Shown: positions 41,141 through 50,872 of the stretch, piece after piece
Numbering within the stretch: the stretch's first letter is position 1
Layout of the letters: each line of letters starts with the position of its first letter
Source of the DNA: Alphaproteobacteria bacterium
GTDB taxonomy: Bacteria > Pseudomonadota > Alphaproteobacteria > UBA7887
Assembly (NCBI GenBank): GCA_965216755.1
Contig: CBDCGL010000011.1
Location: 960,001-1,024,000, forward strand
Reading direction: 5' to 3'
Length of the DNA stretch: 64,000 nucleotides
The notes under the pieces: model-generated
Told to the model about the DNA's origin: nothing
Databases searched by the model: none
Seen by the model: the letters and a program-made list of their open reading frames with translations, nothing else
Translations under genes and position numbers: made by a program

Positions 41141-41692
41141 ATGCGTTCCCTAATTGCTATTTGCACCCTGGCCGCTGTCGGTACATCATTGATCGCGTGC
41201 GCCAATCAGCCGACGGTCCCCTACGGCCGTACCTATCACGATCGATGGCCCGACTTCTTTGCCGCCTCGGCCGTCTCAAACGAAATCCGCACCCGCATAT
41301 GGGGCCAGCCTTTCGCGGCCTCCGAGGAAGAAACCGAAAGAGTGGTGCTCGGTGCCATGCGGCGGGGATTTAACAATGACGGATTCAGATTCTCGACCGC
41401 ACCCGCGGCCCAAGCCCGCTATCGGCCCTATGTCACCGTCTTGTTCAATGGTCCACTATACGGGAGAGGCTTTGTTTGTAGCGAACTGCCCACAGCACAA
41501 CCGGCGCCCGCCCCGGGGCGCGTGCGCGTGGTCGCCGCCATGTGTCGGGGCAACACGCCGCTGACGTCAGCCGTCGGCGAACTGGCTTCGGTTGAAAGTG
41601 CCGATGATCCTCGTTTCGTCAAGTTGATGAACGAGGTCGCCAGAAAAGTCTTTGAAAGACCGCACCAATTTGACGCAGATTTCAGTTCGTAA
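41141..41692 (+). CDS. Hypothetical lipoprotein (paralogue of 40472..41047)
   Basis: Lipobox LIAC; GAGG RBS; shares GxPF, VRVxxAxC and DxxFVxL with the upstream gene. Confidence 0.75.
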   Translation: MRSLIAICTLAAVGTSLIACANQPTVPYGRTYHDRWPDFFAASAVSNEIRTRIWGQPFAASEEETERVVLGAMRRGFNNDGFRFSTAPAAQARYRPYVTVLFNGPLYGRGFVCSELPTAQPAPAPGRVRVVAAMCRGNTPLTSAVGELASVESADDPRFVKLMNEVARKVFERPHQFDADFSS

Positions 41693-41966
41693 TTGCATAG
41701 CGTCTCGGCGGGCGGCCGGCTGAATTACGCGGCCTCGACAACGTTATACTTTGGCCACCCCATGTCGAAACCAGGTGGCATCGACGGCGGCGTGCAAACC
41801 GGCAAAGCCCGCCTCGCGAACGTTTTTGCGAGACCTAAATTCAGCGGCTTCCGGCGCGCGCCGCAAACGCGGTTCAACATGGGTTTCGAAGCACATGTGG
41901 CGGCGTAGCGTCAGGTCCAAGGAACAGCTAACATCGCGTGCGTGTGAATAGCGATGGAGCGGCCCT

Positions 41967-42980
41967 TTGCATCTCAGCGTGCTTGATCAATCGCCGGTGC
42001 GAACCGGTGGTACCCCGGCCCAAGCGATCGAAGAAACAATCACGCTCGCGCAGGCCGCAGAAAGTTTGGGATATACCCGCTATTGGCTCGCGGAACATCA
42101 CGCGACCGACGGTTTCGCGGGCAGCGCGCCAGAGATCATGGTGGCGCGCGTCGCTGCCGCCACCAATTCGATCCGCGTTGGTTCGGGTGGGGTGATGCTC
42201 AGCCATTACAGCCCCTTCAAGGTCGCCGAAATGTTCCGTCTTTTGGAAGTCATGCATCCGGGACGTATCGATTTGGGCATTGGTCGTGCACCTGGAAGCG
42301 ATCAATTGACGGCCGCCGCGCTCGCCTATGGTTCGCAAATCGGCATTGAATATTTCCCGACCAAAGTTGCCGACCTGCGTGCGTTCTTGGCCGGTGCCCC
42401 GCCGGCGACGCAGGCCTTCCAACGTCTGCGCGCTACGCCGGCCGCTGAAACACCGCCAGAAATGTGGATTCTCGGGTCCAGCGATCAAAGTGCGCTCTTG
42501 GCCGCGCACTTTGGCCTGCCATTCTCCTACGCCCATTTCATCAATCCATCGGACAGCGAGACAGCCATCGCGCTCTATCGGGAACGCTACAAACCTTCAG
42601 AAGCGTGGCCGGAGCCAGTCGTCAATATTGGCGTGTTCGTGATCTGCGCCGATTCCGACGCCGACGCGGACCACCTGGCAAAGAGCCGAGATCTATGGCG
42701 GTTGCGCCTAGACCGCGGCGCGTTGGACCCGATTCCATCGGTTGAAGAATCCGAAGCCTATCCATATACCCATGCCGAGTTGGCACGCGTCGCTGCTAAC
42801 CGGACCCGCAACATACTCGGCAGTCCCGACACGGTCCGCGAGGCATTGACCACGCTGGCCTCGCGTAACGGGATCGATGAAATTATCGTACTGACGATTA
42901 CGTATGATTTTGAATCGCGCCTCAAATCCTATGCCCTTCTGGCTGAGGCGTTCGCTCTCAAATCCGACATGGTGGCGTGA
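41967..42980 (+). CDS. LLM-class (luciferase-like) flavin-dependent monooxygenase, YhbW-like
   Basis: LSVLDQSP, YWLAEHH, GSGGVML, GRIDLGIGRAPG; TTG start with GGAG RBS. Confidence 0.92.
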   Translation: MHLSVLDQSPVRTGGTPAQAIEETITLAQAAESLGYTRYWLAEHHATDGFAGSAPEIMVARVAAATNSIRVGSGGVMLSHYSPFKVAEMFRLLEVMHPGRIDLGIGRAPGSDQLTAAALAYGSQIGIEYFPTKVADLRAFLAGAPPATQAFQRLRATPAAETPPEMWILGSSDQSALLAAHFGLPFSYAHFINPSDSETAIALYRERYKPSEAWPEPVVNIGVFVICADSDADADHLAKSRDLWRLRLDRGALDPIPSVEESEAYPYTHAELARVAANRTRNILGSPDTVREALTTLASRNGIDEIIVLTITYDFESRLKSYALLAEAFALKSDMVA

Positions 42981-43182
42981 CTCAAAGTACCAGTCTCATT
43001 TTACCGGGCACAACGATACTCCTATGCAACATCTGCGCGAAACTACCTCGTGCTTCTCGTTCTTGGCTCGATATCGGCGCGCGAGGTGCCCGTTTGGATT
43101 TGACAGAATTACGGTATTCCCGTATCTATAAATCTTTCGGCTTAGTACTAATCAGCAAGACATTTATGTCCATCGGCGCACA

Positions 43183-43890
43183 ATGAAAAGACCACTTCTG
43201 CTCGGAATGCTTGCGGCCGTTCTTTGCCTTACGGCCGCTTGCGCAGCGCGGTCGACAGTCAATCCCGACGCACCACCGCGCTTTGTGGCTGGTGAAAGTC
43301 GCATTCTGCTCATGCCGATCTCGGTCGAACTGTTTGAGTTTACCGCCTCGGGTTTGGAAGATCCACGCGCGGATTGGAGCGAGACCGCCCGCGCCCATGT
43401 GGAGACCGCGCTGCAGGCGGAAAATGAGAGCCGGGGCCTATCGCTGGTGTCATTTGAACTTGACGGTTTGGAACTAACTGAACGCCATGAGGTTGACCAA
43501 ATTATCAAGTTGCACCAGGCCGTCGGCGCCGCACGACTCGAAGGAAGTTTCTACGGGCAGTTGCCGACGAAATCGGGCCCCTTCGATTGGTCCTTGGGGC
43601 CCGGGGTCGCGCGCCTATCGCCAAATCGCGCGGAAGACTATGCGCTTTTCCTTTACCTTCGGGACAGCTATTCGTCGCCCGGGCGCGTGGTTCTCAATAT
43701 CGTGACGGGAATTCTGGGCCTCGGCGTTCGTGGCGGACGGCAGGTCGGTTACGCAACCCTGATTGATTTGGAAACCGGCGATCTGTCGTGGTTTGCCGCA
43801 CTGGTCCGCGGTGAAGGTGACCTTCGCGGCGAGGAAAAAGCACGAGAGGCGATCGGAATCTTGCTGAAAGACTTACCCGATTCAGGATGA
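43183..43890 (+). CDS. Hypothetical lipoprotein
   Basis: Signal peptide with lipobox-like Cys; ATGA overlap with the M48 gene. Confidence 0.75.
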   Translation: MKRPLLLGMLAAVLCLTAACAARSTVNPDAPPRFVAGESRILLMPISVELFEFTASGLEDPRADWSETARAHVETALQAENESRGLSLVSFELDGLELTERHEVDQIIKLHQAVGAARLEGSFYGQLPTKSGPFDWSLGPGVARLSPNRAEDYALFLYLRDSYSSPGRVVLNIVTGILGLGVRGGRQVGYATLIDLETGDLSWFAALVRGEGDLRGEEKAREAIGILLKDLPDSG

Positions 43891-45053
43891 TCACACGGCG
43901 GCACCTTTTGCACGCAATGTGCGGCTGCTCGGCCGCTGGCCTTGTGACCGGCTGCGCTGGCGGAGATTTGGAACCAGTTGCGCCTGGTTATCGCCCTGCT
44001 TTGGACAGCGAAGAAGGCGGTCTGTGGAGGTTGATGGATGAAGCCGAAGAAGAAATCAAGTACTCAAGATTCCGCATCTACGACCAACCGATCAATGCTT
44101 ACCTGAGCGATATTGCGTGTCGCCTAGGCGGCACATTATGCCCGGACGTTCGGATCTATTTGACGCGCGTGCCCTATTTCAATGCTTCGATGGCACCAAA
44201 TGGAATGATGCAAATCTGGTCGGGCCTGTTGCTGCGCGTCACCAATGAGGCGCAGCTGGCAGCGGTGATTGGCCACGAAATCGGGCACTACAGTGAACGT
44301 CATACTGTAGAGCGCTGGCGCGCTGCCAAGAACTCGCTGACGGTCGCCAACATATTGGGCCTTGGTCTCGCGGTCGTCGGTGGCGGCGCCCTGGCGCAAC
44401 TGCCCGGTATCGCGGCGATCGCTGGGATTTTGGCGTATTCACGCGAGCAAGAACGCGAAGCGGATTCCATCGGATTGGAACTCATGACCAAGGCGGGCTA
44501 CGCGCCGATTGCCGCCGCGGATGTTTGGGCAAATCTGATTGCCGAGAGCAAAGCGGACCCGGAACATGAAGAGCGTGATGTTTTTTTCGCCACACATCCG
44601 CAACCAGCGGAAAGAGAAAAAACGCTGCGACGCGAGGCGTCCGAAATCGCGCCGACCGACGCGACCCTTGGCGAGACGGATTACCTGAATCAAGCCCTCG
44701 CGTTACGCGATCGCCTATTGGACGATGAGATCAGCTTACGTCAGCCGGAACGGTCGCTGGTCGTGATCGCGCGGCTGCGTGAGCAAGGTCCGGACGACGG
44801 TGTTTTGGCGTTTTACCACGGTGAGGTTTACCGACTGCGACGCGATCAAGGCGACATCGATCGCGCGCTCGGCCACTATCAGGACGCGTCGCACATGGAC
44901 AACGCGCCGCCGCAAACTTGGCGCGCACTGGGGCTGATTTATAGAGATCGCGGCCGAAAGAGCGATGCGGGCGACGCCTTCCGAACCTATTTGCAGCACG
45001 ATCCTAACGCACCAGACGCGGAACTGATCGAAAGCTATGTTCGCGAACTATGA
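43887..45053 (+). CDS. M48 family zinc metallopeptidase with C-terminal TPR, probable Tat lipoprotein
   Basis: ITRRHLL twin-Arg, VTGC lipobox, EAQLAAVIGHEIGH, YSREQEREAD, ATHP. Confidence 0.9.
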   Translation: MITRRHLLHAMCGCSAAGLVTGCAGGDLEPVAPGYRPALDSEEGGLWRLMDEAEEEIKYSRFRIYDQPINAYLSDIACRLGGTLCPDVRIYLTRVPYFNASMAPNGMMQIWSGLLLRVTNEAQLAAVIGHEIGHYSERHTVERWRAAKNSLTVANILGLGLAVVGGGALAQLPGIAAIAGILAYSREQEREADSIGLELMTKAGYAPIAAADVWANLIAESKADPEHEERDVFFATHPQPAEREKTLRREASEIAPTDATLGETDYLNQALALRDRLLDDEISLRQPERSLVVIARLREQGPDDGVLAFYHGEVYRLRRDQGDIDRALGHYQDASHMDNAPPQTWRALGLIYRDRGRKSDAGDAFRTYLQHDPNAPDAELIESYVREL

Positions 45054-45232
45054 GCCATGGACCATTCGGCTTCCGCGCGCGCGGCATGATCTGTGATAAA
45101 TTGGCCCAAATAACAGGGACGATGCACACACGGATGACCGTCTCCCCGCCATGAGATCGGCACTCGCACCGCCTGGACATCGCGACTGGAAACCGATGCA
45201 ATTTGTGTCAAAAGACGCGCTGGAGCATAGTG

Positions 45233-45829
45233 ATGCATCGATCTAAGGTTTTACTTCTAGTTATTTTGGTTAGCGTAATCACATCTTGCGCGGTCTATCA
45301 AAAAATCGAACCGGGACAGAGCGTGGCGGTCGGCAGATTGCAGGTTACGCCAGACATCGCCTGGAGCGGGCTCAACAGCTACTATTTTAAGATCAACGGT
45401 CCAAGCGCGACATGGACGCGCGATGGTACGCCCATAAATCTGCTCTTTATCTTTGATGGCATAGAAAATGGGGCGCCTCTTTTTGAGCTTGAGCGTCGTG
45501 ACGATATGCGATTTCCGATCTTTGTATCCGGTATGTCCGAAGCCGACGTAGACGAATTGGTTGCCGATTCAATCAAGCAGTTTTGGCAAGCAAGCACGAT
45601 CGAGACAGTGCGCGCGGCGCCCGCGACCTTTGCAGATCAACGCGGGTTCGTTTTCCAATACCGGCTGACAGCAAAATCGGAACTCGACCTGCGAAGCTAC
45701 GCCGCAGGTGCAATTGTCAGAGACAAACTCTATTTGATCATGTTCACGGCACCCCGCCTACATTATTACGACAAAGACATCGATAGCGTAAAAACGATGA
45801 TAGAAAGCGCGCGATTCACATCGTCATAG
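45233..45829 (+). CDS. Hypothetical lipoprotein
   Basis: Lipobox ITSC; GGAG RBS; WTRDG and APRLHYY motifs. Confidence 0.72.
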   Translation: MHRSKVLLLVILVSVITSCAVYQKIEPGQSVAVGRLQVTPDIAWSGLNSYYFKINGPSATWTRDGTPINLLFIFDGIENGAPLFELERRDDMRFPIFVSGMSEADVDELVADSIKQFWQASTIETVRAAPATFADQRGFVFQYRLTAKSELDLRSYAAGAIVRDKLYLIMFTAPRLHYYDKDIDSVKTMIESARFTSS

Positions 45830-46047
45830 GAGATTTGAGATGCCTCCGGTTGATGCGCGCGGCACGCGAACACCGACGTCCAATCGCGAGCTTATCGAAC
45901 CGATCGCCCATGTGGAATGCCGGCGCGGATCGGAATTGATTGCAAGCGGCTGACAGCTGGCGTGGGCGCCCTCGACCCCATTGGGAGACATGTGCGAGAT
46001 ATCCGCGCGTGGAGCGCTTTCAAAGACGTAGCAGGGTGCTGAATAAG

Positions 46048-46373
46048 TCACCGTTTTTGCGCTTTTAGATTGGCTTCATCTCCGCAACCAAAGCAGATTT
46101 CGATCTGGCGCGTTCCGTCTTCGTCGAGTTCTGGCGATCCGTCACCTGAAACTTCGTCCATTTCATCGATCCCCCGCCATGTAAAGAAAATGTTGCGACG
46201 GGAATACCCACAGTCGAGATCGCCGTTGACGCAGCCAAAAGCGGATCGCCATGGCCATTGTCTTCAAACCTTATGTAGGCGGGTTCCACAAGGTCGAGGT
46301 AACGGCGATCCCACAGATCCGCTTCGGTGATACGCCATTTGCCGATTAGGGGGCGGGTCAAGTTGTTGGTCAT
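46048..46373 (-). pseudogene. Frameshifted IS passenger gene (LIGKWRITEADLWD family)
   Basis: MTNNL...NGHG, then the shifted frame continues SAFGCVNGDLDCGY...FTWRGIDEMDEVSGDG...GDEANLKAQKR*. Confidence 0.7.
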
Positions 46374-47156
46374 GTCGCCGACTCCGCTAATAGTCTGCTC
46401 AACCGGATCAAGTTGTACGCAGCAACGGCAAGGGTAAAGGAAGCGGCGACGCGACATACACCGCGGAAACGGGTTTTGGCTTGGCCGGTGACGGTCTTGA
46501 CCCAGCCAAATATTTCTTCGACCCGCTTGCGATGACGTTGCGACTGCTCGTAACTGCGAGGTTCGGGGATCGGACGACCGTTCCAACCAAATTCCTTCGT
46601 TCGCGCCACGGAAATTACGCTCACTATTGCGGCCGGTCCCCGCATCATCACTATCTGGGTCATCATTTTTTTGCGACGGAAGCTTTTCATAGACGCCCAA
46701 GCTTCAACCAGCGTGCCATCAACCGAAAAGTGATCTTAGCTCAGAAGGGACTGCACCTGTTCTTGTACAACGATCCCTGTCAGAAGCTTCGCTGACACTT
46801 GCCTTGCCAATAACCGGTCGCGGTTCTTAGAGAAACTGCCGGCATCCCAAACGGTTTCGTCAATACGCAAACCAACAAACCAGCGAAACGGAAGGTTGAA
46901 ATCGATCTGCTCCATCAGTTGTCGTTCAGAGCGCACAGAATAAAGCGGCTGCAACAGAAGCGTTCGAACCAGCTGTTCCGGCGGGATCGACGGCCGGCCC
47001 ATAGGCGAATAACTCGCTCAAAAGTCTGCCGACAACGAAGCCGATATATCGTTCACAATCCCGCGGATCAGACGCAACGGATGATCCCCCGGTATCCGCG
47101 CCTCGAGGTCCACGTAGCTGAAAAGACTACCGCTCGACTGATCCCGACCGCGCATC
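46370..47156 (-). pseudogene. IS5-family transposase pseudogene (frameshifts, internal deletion)
   Basis: GRPSIPPEQL..LLLQ.LYSVRSERQLMEQ..FN..FRWFVGL...SFSKNRDRLL and RKRVEEIFGWVKT...AAYNLIRL in different frames; much shorter than a full transposase. Confidence 0.88.
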
Positions 47157-47224
47157 GATGTTCTCCCTTCTAAATCAGGGAATCACGAACTGTGCTCACT
47201 TCCGAGACTCTTGTCAGCTCCCTG

Positions 47225-47563
47225 TTAAAGCGTTTTGCGCCCGACCCGCTCAAGATTGATTCGTCGTTTGTCCGCGATATCGAAACGGATCCAGGCGCCC
47301 AAGCGATCGTCATCGCAATGATCCGCATGGCCGAGGGATTGCACTACGACATTGTTGCCGAGGGCATCGAAACCGTGGGCCAGCTAGAGTTCTTGATCAA
47401 AAATGGCTGTCGCGGCGTCCAAGGGCATTTGATGTCGCCCGCGATCGCACCCGAGATGTTCGGTGAGTGGTTCAGGGGTAACCAGGCCAACGCGACGAAA
47501 GCTGTTTTCGGCGTCCATGACGAACCCCAAGCGGACGCGAATCGCATTGCCTCCTCAAACTGA
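47225..47563 (+). pseudogene. C-terminal fragment of an EAL (c-di-GMP phosphodiesterase) domain
   Basis: LKIDSSFVRDI...VAEGIET...GC..VQGHLMSP; N-terminal part is replaced by the IS end. Confidence 0.82.
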
Positions 47564-47649
47564 TCCGCCCACAACTAAATCGTATGCGATCAAGTAGCGT
47601 GGCACATCCATTTCGAATAACACTATCGATGCGTGGCCGACGTAAGAAG

Positions 47650-48378
47650 TCAGGACACTCGGGAATCCGACACATCGCGCTTGAGCCAGTTTTTCAAGGC
47701 AGCGACCGTTGCAGTCGGCCGTTCCATGGTGGCCATATGGCCGCAATGACCGAGCACAACCAAATCGGCGCCAGGGATGCGTTCTGCTAGTTCAAGGTGA
47801 AGGCCCAACGGTGTCAGCTGATCCTGACGTCCGCACAGCACGAGCGTTGGGCAGTTGATCGCCGACAGATCGCCGCGCCCGTCCGGACGGTTCATGATGG
47901 CGGTTTGATGACGCAAGAACGCGTCTTTGCCGACACGCTCTGCCATTTCCGTGATTTCAGCAACGAGCGGCGCGTCGCTCAATCGACTCTCATGGACCAG
48001 CAGCGGTAGCAATCGCGGCGTCACACCACGAAATTTGCCCCGCTCGGCAAGCGCGATCAGATCGCGCCGTCGCCCCCGCTGTACCTCCGAATCCGGACGC
48101 GCTGAGGTGTCCAAGAGTGCCAAATGCGTCACTTTTTCCGGCGCAAGGCGCATCACCTCTTGGGCCACATAGCCGCCCATCGATAGGCCCGCCAATGCAA
48201 ACCGATCCGACCCATTTTCCAGGGCGACCTCGGCCATGGCCGTGATCGAATCGCAGTTGCGAAAATCGGGCACGTAAATGTCGTAATCAGCTGAAAACGT
48301 TCTTATTAGGTGCGACCATAGTGCGTCATCGCACAACAGACCCGGACACAAAATGAGCTTCATTGGATGCCGTGCCAT
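47650..48378 (-). CDS. Alpha/beta hydrolase
   Basis: PGLLCD, GLSMGG nucleophile elbow, GRQD, CGH. Confidence 0.9.
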   Translation of the reverse strand: MARHPMKLILCPGLLCDDALWSHLIRTFSADYDIYVPDFRNCDSITAMAEVALENGSDRFALAGLSMGGYVAQEVMRLAPEKVTHLALLDTSARPDSEVQRGRRRDLIALAERGKFRGVTPRLLPLLVHESRLSDAPLVAEITEMAERVGKDAFLRHQTAIMNRPDGRGDLSAINCPTLVLCGRQDQLTPLGLHLELAERIPGADLVVLGHCGHMATMERPTATVAALKNWLKRDVSDSRVS

Positions 48379-48412
48379 GCGCCCTCGCCACTCCCAACCG
48401 CGGCCCTTTTAC

Positions 48413-48441
48413 AAAAAATAAGGCCCCAATGAGTTGAGGCC
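48413..48441 (-). terminator. Terminator of bioB-pxpA-biotinyl carrier unit
   Basis: Minus strand GGCCTCAA-CTCA-TTGGGGCC-TTATTTTTT. Confidence 0.65.
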
Positions 48442-48503
48442 GTTTCAGGTTCACATGGCAAACAATAATGTGCCACGGAACCAGTGTCGGACGCAAGCAA
48501 TTT

Positions 48504-48722
48504 CTAACCGACCTCTAACGCCAGCGTGCCCGCCTCCACACCCTCTTGTCCCTCCTCGATGTGGACGGCGGTGACGGTGCCGTCAATGTCCGCTTCGTGG
48601 GGCACTTCTGTCTTCATAACCTCGAGAATAAACAAGGTATCGCCGGCTTTGACGACGTCGCCTGGCTTAACCATGACTTTCCAGACATTGCCGGGCATCT
48701 CGGTGACGATCTTGTGGGCCAT
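48504..48722 (-). CDS. Stand-alone biotinyl/lipoyl carrier protein
   Basis: MPGNVWKV.V.PGD.V..GD.L.ILEVMKTE; 72 aa; AGGAG RBS. Confidence 0.88.
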   Translation of the reverse strand: MAHKIVTEMPGNVWKVMVKPGDVVKAGDTLFILEVMKTEVPHEADIDGTVTAVHIEEGQEGVEAGTLALEVG

Positions 48723-48770
48723 GCGGTGTAGCTCCTGCGCATCAATAAGGCAGACACGCGCCCTTCGATG

Positions 48771-49496
48771 CTAATTGAGATGAGATTTTACGGTTTCATA
48801 AACCGCTTTAGCGACATCCACGGCGCCCGGCGTGTCGGAATGCACACATAGGCTTTCCGCGCGCACCGAAACGTCATTGCCGTCAACCGTTTTCACCACG
48901 CCTTGCTCTATGGCCCGCAGGGTCCGCGACGCGGCTTCCTGCGGGTCCCAAGCGTGGTGGACGCGGGTTATGATCAATCCACCATCGCCGTCATAGTCCA
49001 GATCTACATAGAATTCAGCGGCAAACGGAACGTTGCGCTGACCATAAACTTCCTCCTGAACGGTGCCCGCCATGCCTAGCAAAGGCAAGCCGAACAACTC
49101 GGCCGCGTCGCAAATCGCGTGCGCCATGTCAGCGTCGCGCATAGCCATGCCATAAAGCGCGCCGTGCGGCTTTATGTGGTTGAGTGCCATGCCCTCAGCG
49201 TCCAGAAACCCCTTCAGGGCCCCGACTTGATAGATGACGATCGCAGCGAGTTCATCGCGTTCCATTTTCATGGCGCGGCGCCCAAACCCCTGCAGATCTG
49301 GCAATGACGGGTGCGCGCCGACTTTTACACCGTGTTGCTTGGCCAAGCGCACGGTCCGCTGCATGACAACCGGGTCGGATGCGTGAAACCCACACGCAAC
49401 GTTCGCAACCGTGACATAGGGCATGATGCCTTCGTCATCTCCCATTTCGTAGAGCCCAAACGCTTCGCCCATATCGCAATTGATATCGATGCCCAT
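48771..49496 (-). CDS. pxpA: LamB/YcsF family 5-oxoprolinase subunit A-like protein
   Basis: DINCDMGE, NVACGFHA, GAHPS.PD..GFGRR, HIKPHGALY, CVHSDTP. Confidence 0.9.
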   Translation of the reverse strand: MGIDINCDMGEAFGLYEMGDDEGIMPYVTVANVACGFHASDPVVMQRTVRLAKQHGVKVGAHPSLPDLQGFGRRAMKMERDELAAIVIYQVGALKGFLDAEGMALNHIKPHGALYGMAMRDADMAHAICDAAELFGLPLLGMAGTVQEEVYGQRNVPFAAEFYVDLDYDGDGGLIITRVHHAWDPQEAASRTLRAIEQGVVKTVDGNDVSVRAESLCVHSDTPGAVDVAKAVYETVKSHLN

Positions 49497-49509
49497 CGTA
49501 CTTGCCTCG

Positions 49510-50532
49510 TCAGTTTGCCGCCTTACCATCCCGGTCGCGGCTCATCGGTTCAATGCCCAGACGCGTGAACAGAACGCGGTCCCGATCCGCTTCCGGATTC
49601 GGCGTCGTCAACAGTTTATCGCCGTAGAATATTGAGTTGGCGCCGGCCAAAAAACACAAGGCTTGGGTCGCATCGTCCATATGTTCACGCCCAGCCGACA
49701 ACCGCACCATAGAGCGCGGCATCAGGATCCGTGCGACGGCGATCATGCGAACAAATTCAATCGGATCAAATTGTTCCGTCCCAAACAGCGGCGTTCCTTC
49801 GACTTGGACCAACATGTTGATCGGCACGCTTTCAGGATGTGCCGGCAATGTGGCCAAAGCGCGTAGTAGGCCAACCCGATCCGCCCGGCCCTCGCCCATC
49901 CCGACAATGCCGCCACAACACACCTTGATGCCCGCATCGCGCACATGCGCCAATGTGTCCAACCGATCTTGATAGGTGCGGGTCGAAATAATGCGCCCGT
50001 AATCTTCCGGTGCCGTATCCAGATTGTGATTGTAATAGTCGAGCCCCGCGTCGGCGAGCCGCGCCGCATGTTCATGGGTCAACATGCCAAGCGTCATGCA
50101 GGTCTCCAGCCCCAACGCGCGAACGCCCCGCACCATCTCACAAATGGCGTCCAAATCGCGATCCTTCGGATTTCGCCAGGCCGCACCCATGCAAAACCGG
50201 CTCGCCCCCGCATCCTTCGCCTGACGCGCGGCGGTCAATACGTCCCCGACCAACATCATCTTTTCAGGCGCAATACCCGTATCGTAGTGGGCGCTTTGCG
50301 GGCAATAGGCGCAATCCTCGGGGCAACCGCCGGTCTTGATGCTCAATAGTGTGGAAATCTGGACCGCATTGGGATCGAAATATCGGCGATGGACCGATTG
50401 CGCACGAAACAGCAGATCATTGAACGACAGCGCGAATAAGGCCTCGACTTCCTCGCGCATCCAATCCGTGCGCGGCGGCGCGGCACTTGGAAAATCGGCC
50501 GGCTCTGAATTGGCATTTCGAACGACCTGCAT
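49510..50532 (-). CDS. bioB: Biotin synthase
   Basis: [16 protein letters not shown] radical SAM motif, [26 protein letters not shown]. Confidence 0.98.
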   Translation of the reverse strand: MQVVRNANSEPADFPSAAPPRTDWMREEVEALFALSFNDLLFRAQSVHRRYFDPNAVQISTLLSIKTGGCPEDCAYCPQSAHYDTGIAPEKMMLVGDVLTAARQAKDAGASRFCMGAAWRNPKDRDLDAICEMVRGVRALGLETCMTLGMLTHEHAARLADAGLDYYNHNLDTAPEDYGRIISTRTYQDRLDTLAHVRDAGIKVCCGGIVGMGEGRADRVGLLRALATLPAHPESVPINMLVQVEGTPLFGTEQFDPIEFVRMIAVARILMPRSMVRLSAGREHMDDATQALCFLAGANSIFYGDKLLTTPNPEADRDRVLFTRLGIEPMSRDRDGKAAN

Positions 50533-50872
50533 GGCTTTTCCAACCCCCGCAAAAAGTTTCGCCGGAGTTTTGCAGGATGCAACCGCGTATGCAAGGGAAC
50601 GCCAACCCAGCGGGCTGTCCGAAAAACGCGCGGACCTGACCTATATCGTTGGAAAATATTCAAAACCTCAATTTGCGTATCGCCTGCCAGCCTTGACTCG
50701 TCCCTTGCCTTTACGCAACACTCGCGACGCGATCGCACAGTAAAAAGAATATGTATGTCAGAATGGACGGACAGTTGGCGATCTTGCGGCCGGAGTATGG
50801 GTTTTGTGGGGAGCCTACACACGCAGACTGTCCGTATCAGCATAGACAAGACAAGAGAGGAAGGTCAGGCGG

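Larger units (their letters stand above)
46032..47224 (-). mobile_element. Degenerate IS5-family element with passenger gene
   Basis: Terminal inverted repeats CAGGGTGCTGA (46032) and CAGGGAGCTGA (reverse complement, ending 47224); transposase fragments inside. Confidence 0.8.

Noticed and set aside
46065-46700. 211-aa ORF as a real fusion protein
   Set aside because: Artefact of frameshifts joining off-frame transposase sequence to the passenger gene
47561-47584. RpoE(ECF11)-type promoter TGATCC...CGTA
   Set aside because: Spacer shorter than expected and no downstream plus-strand gene
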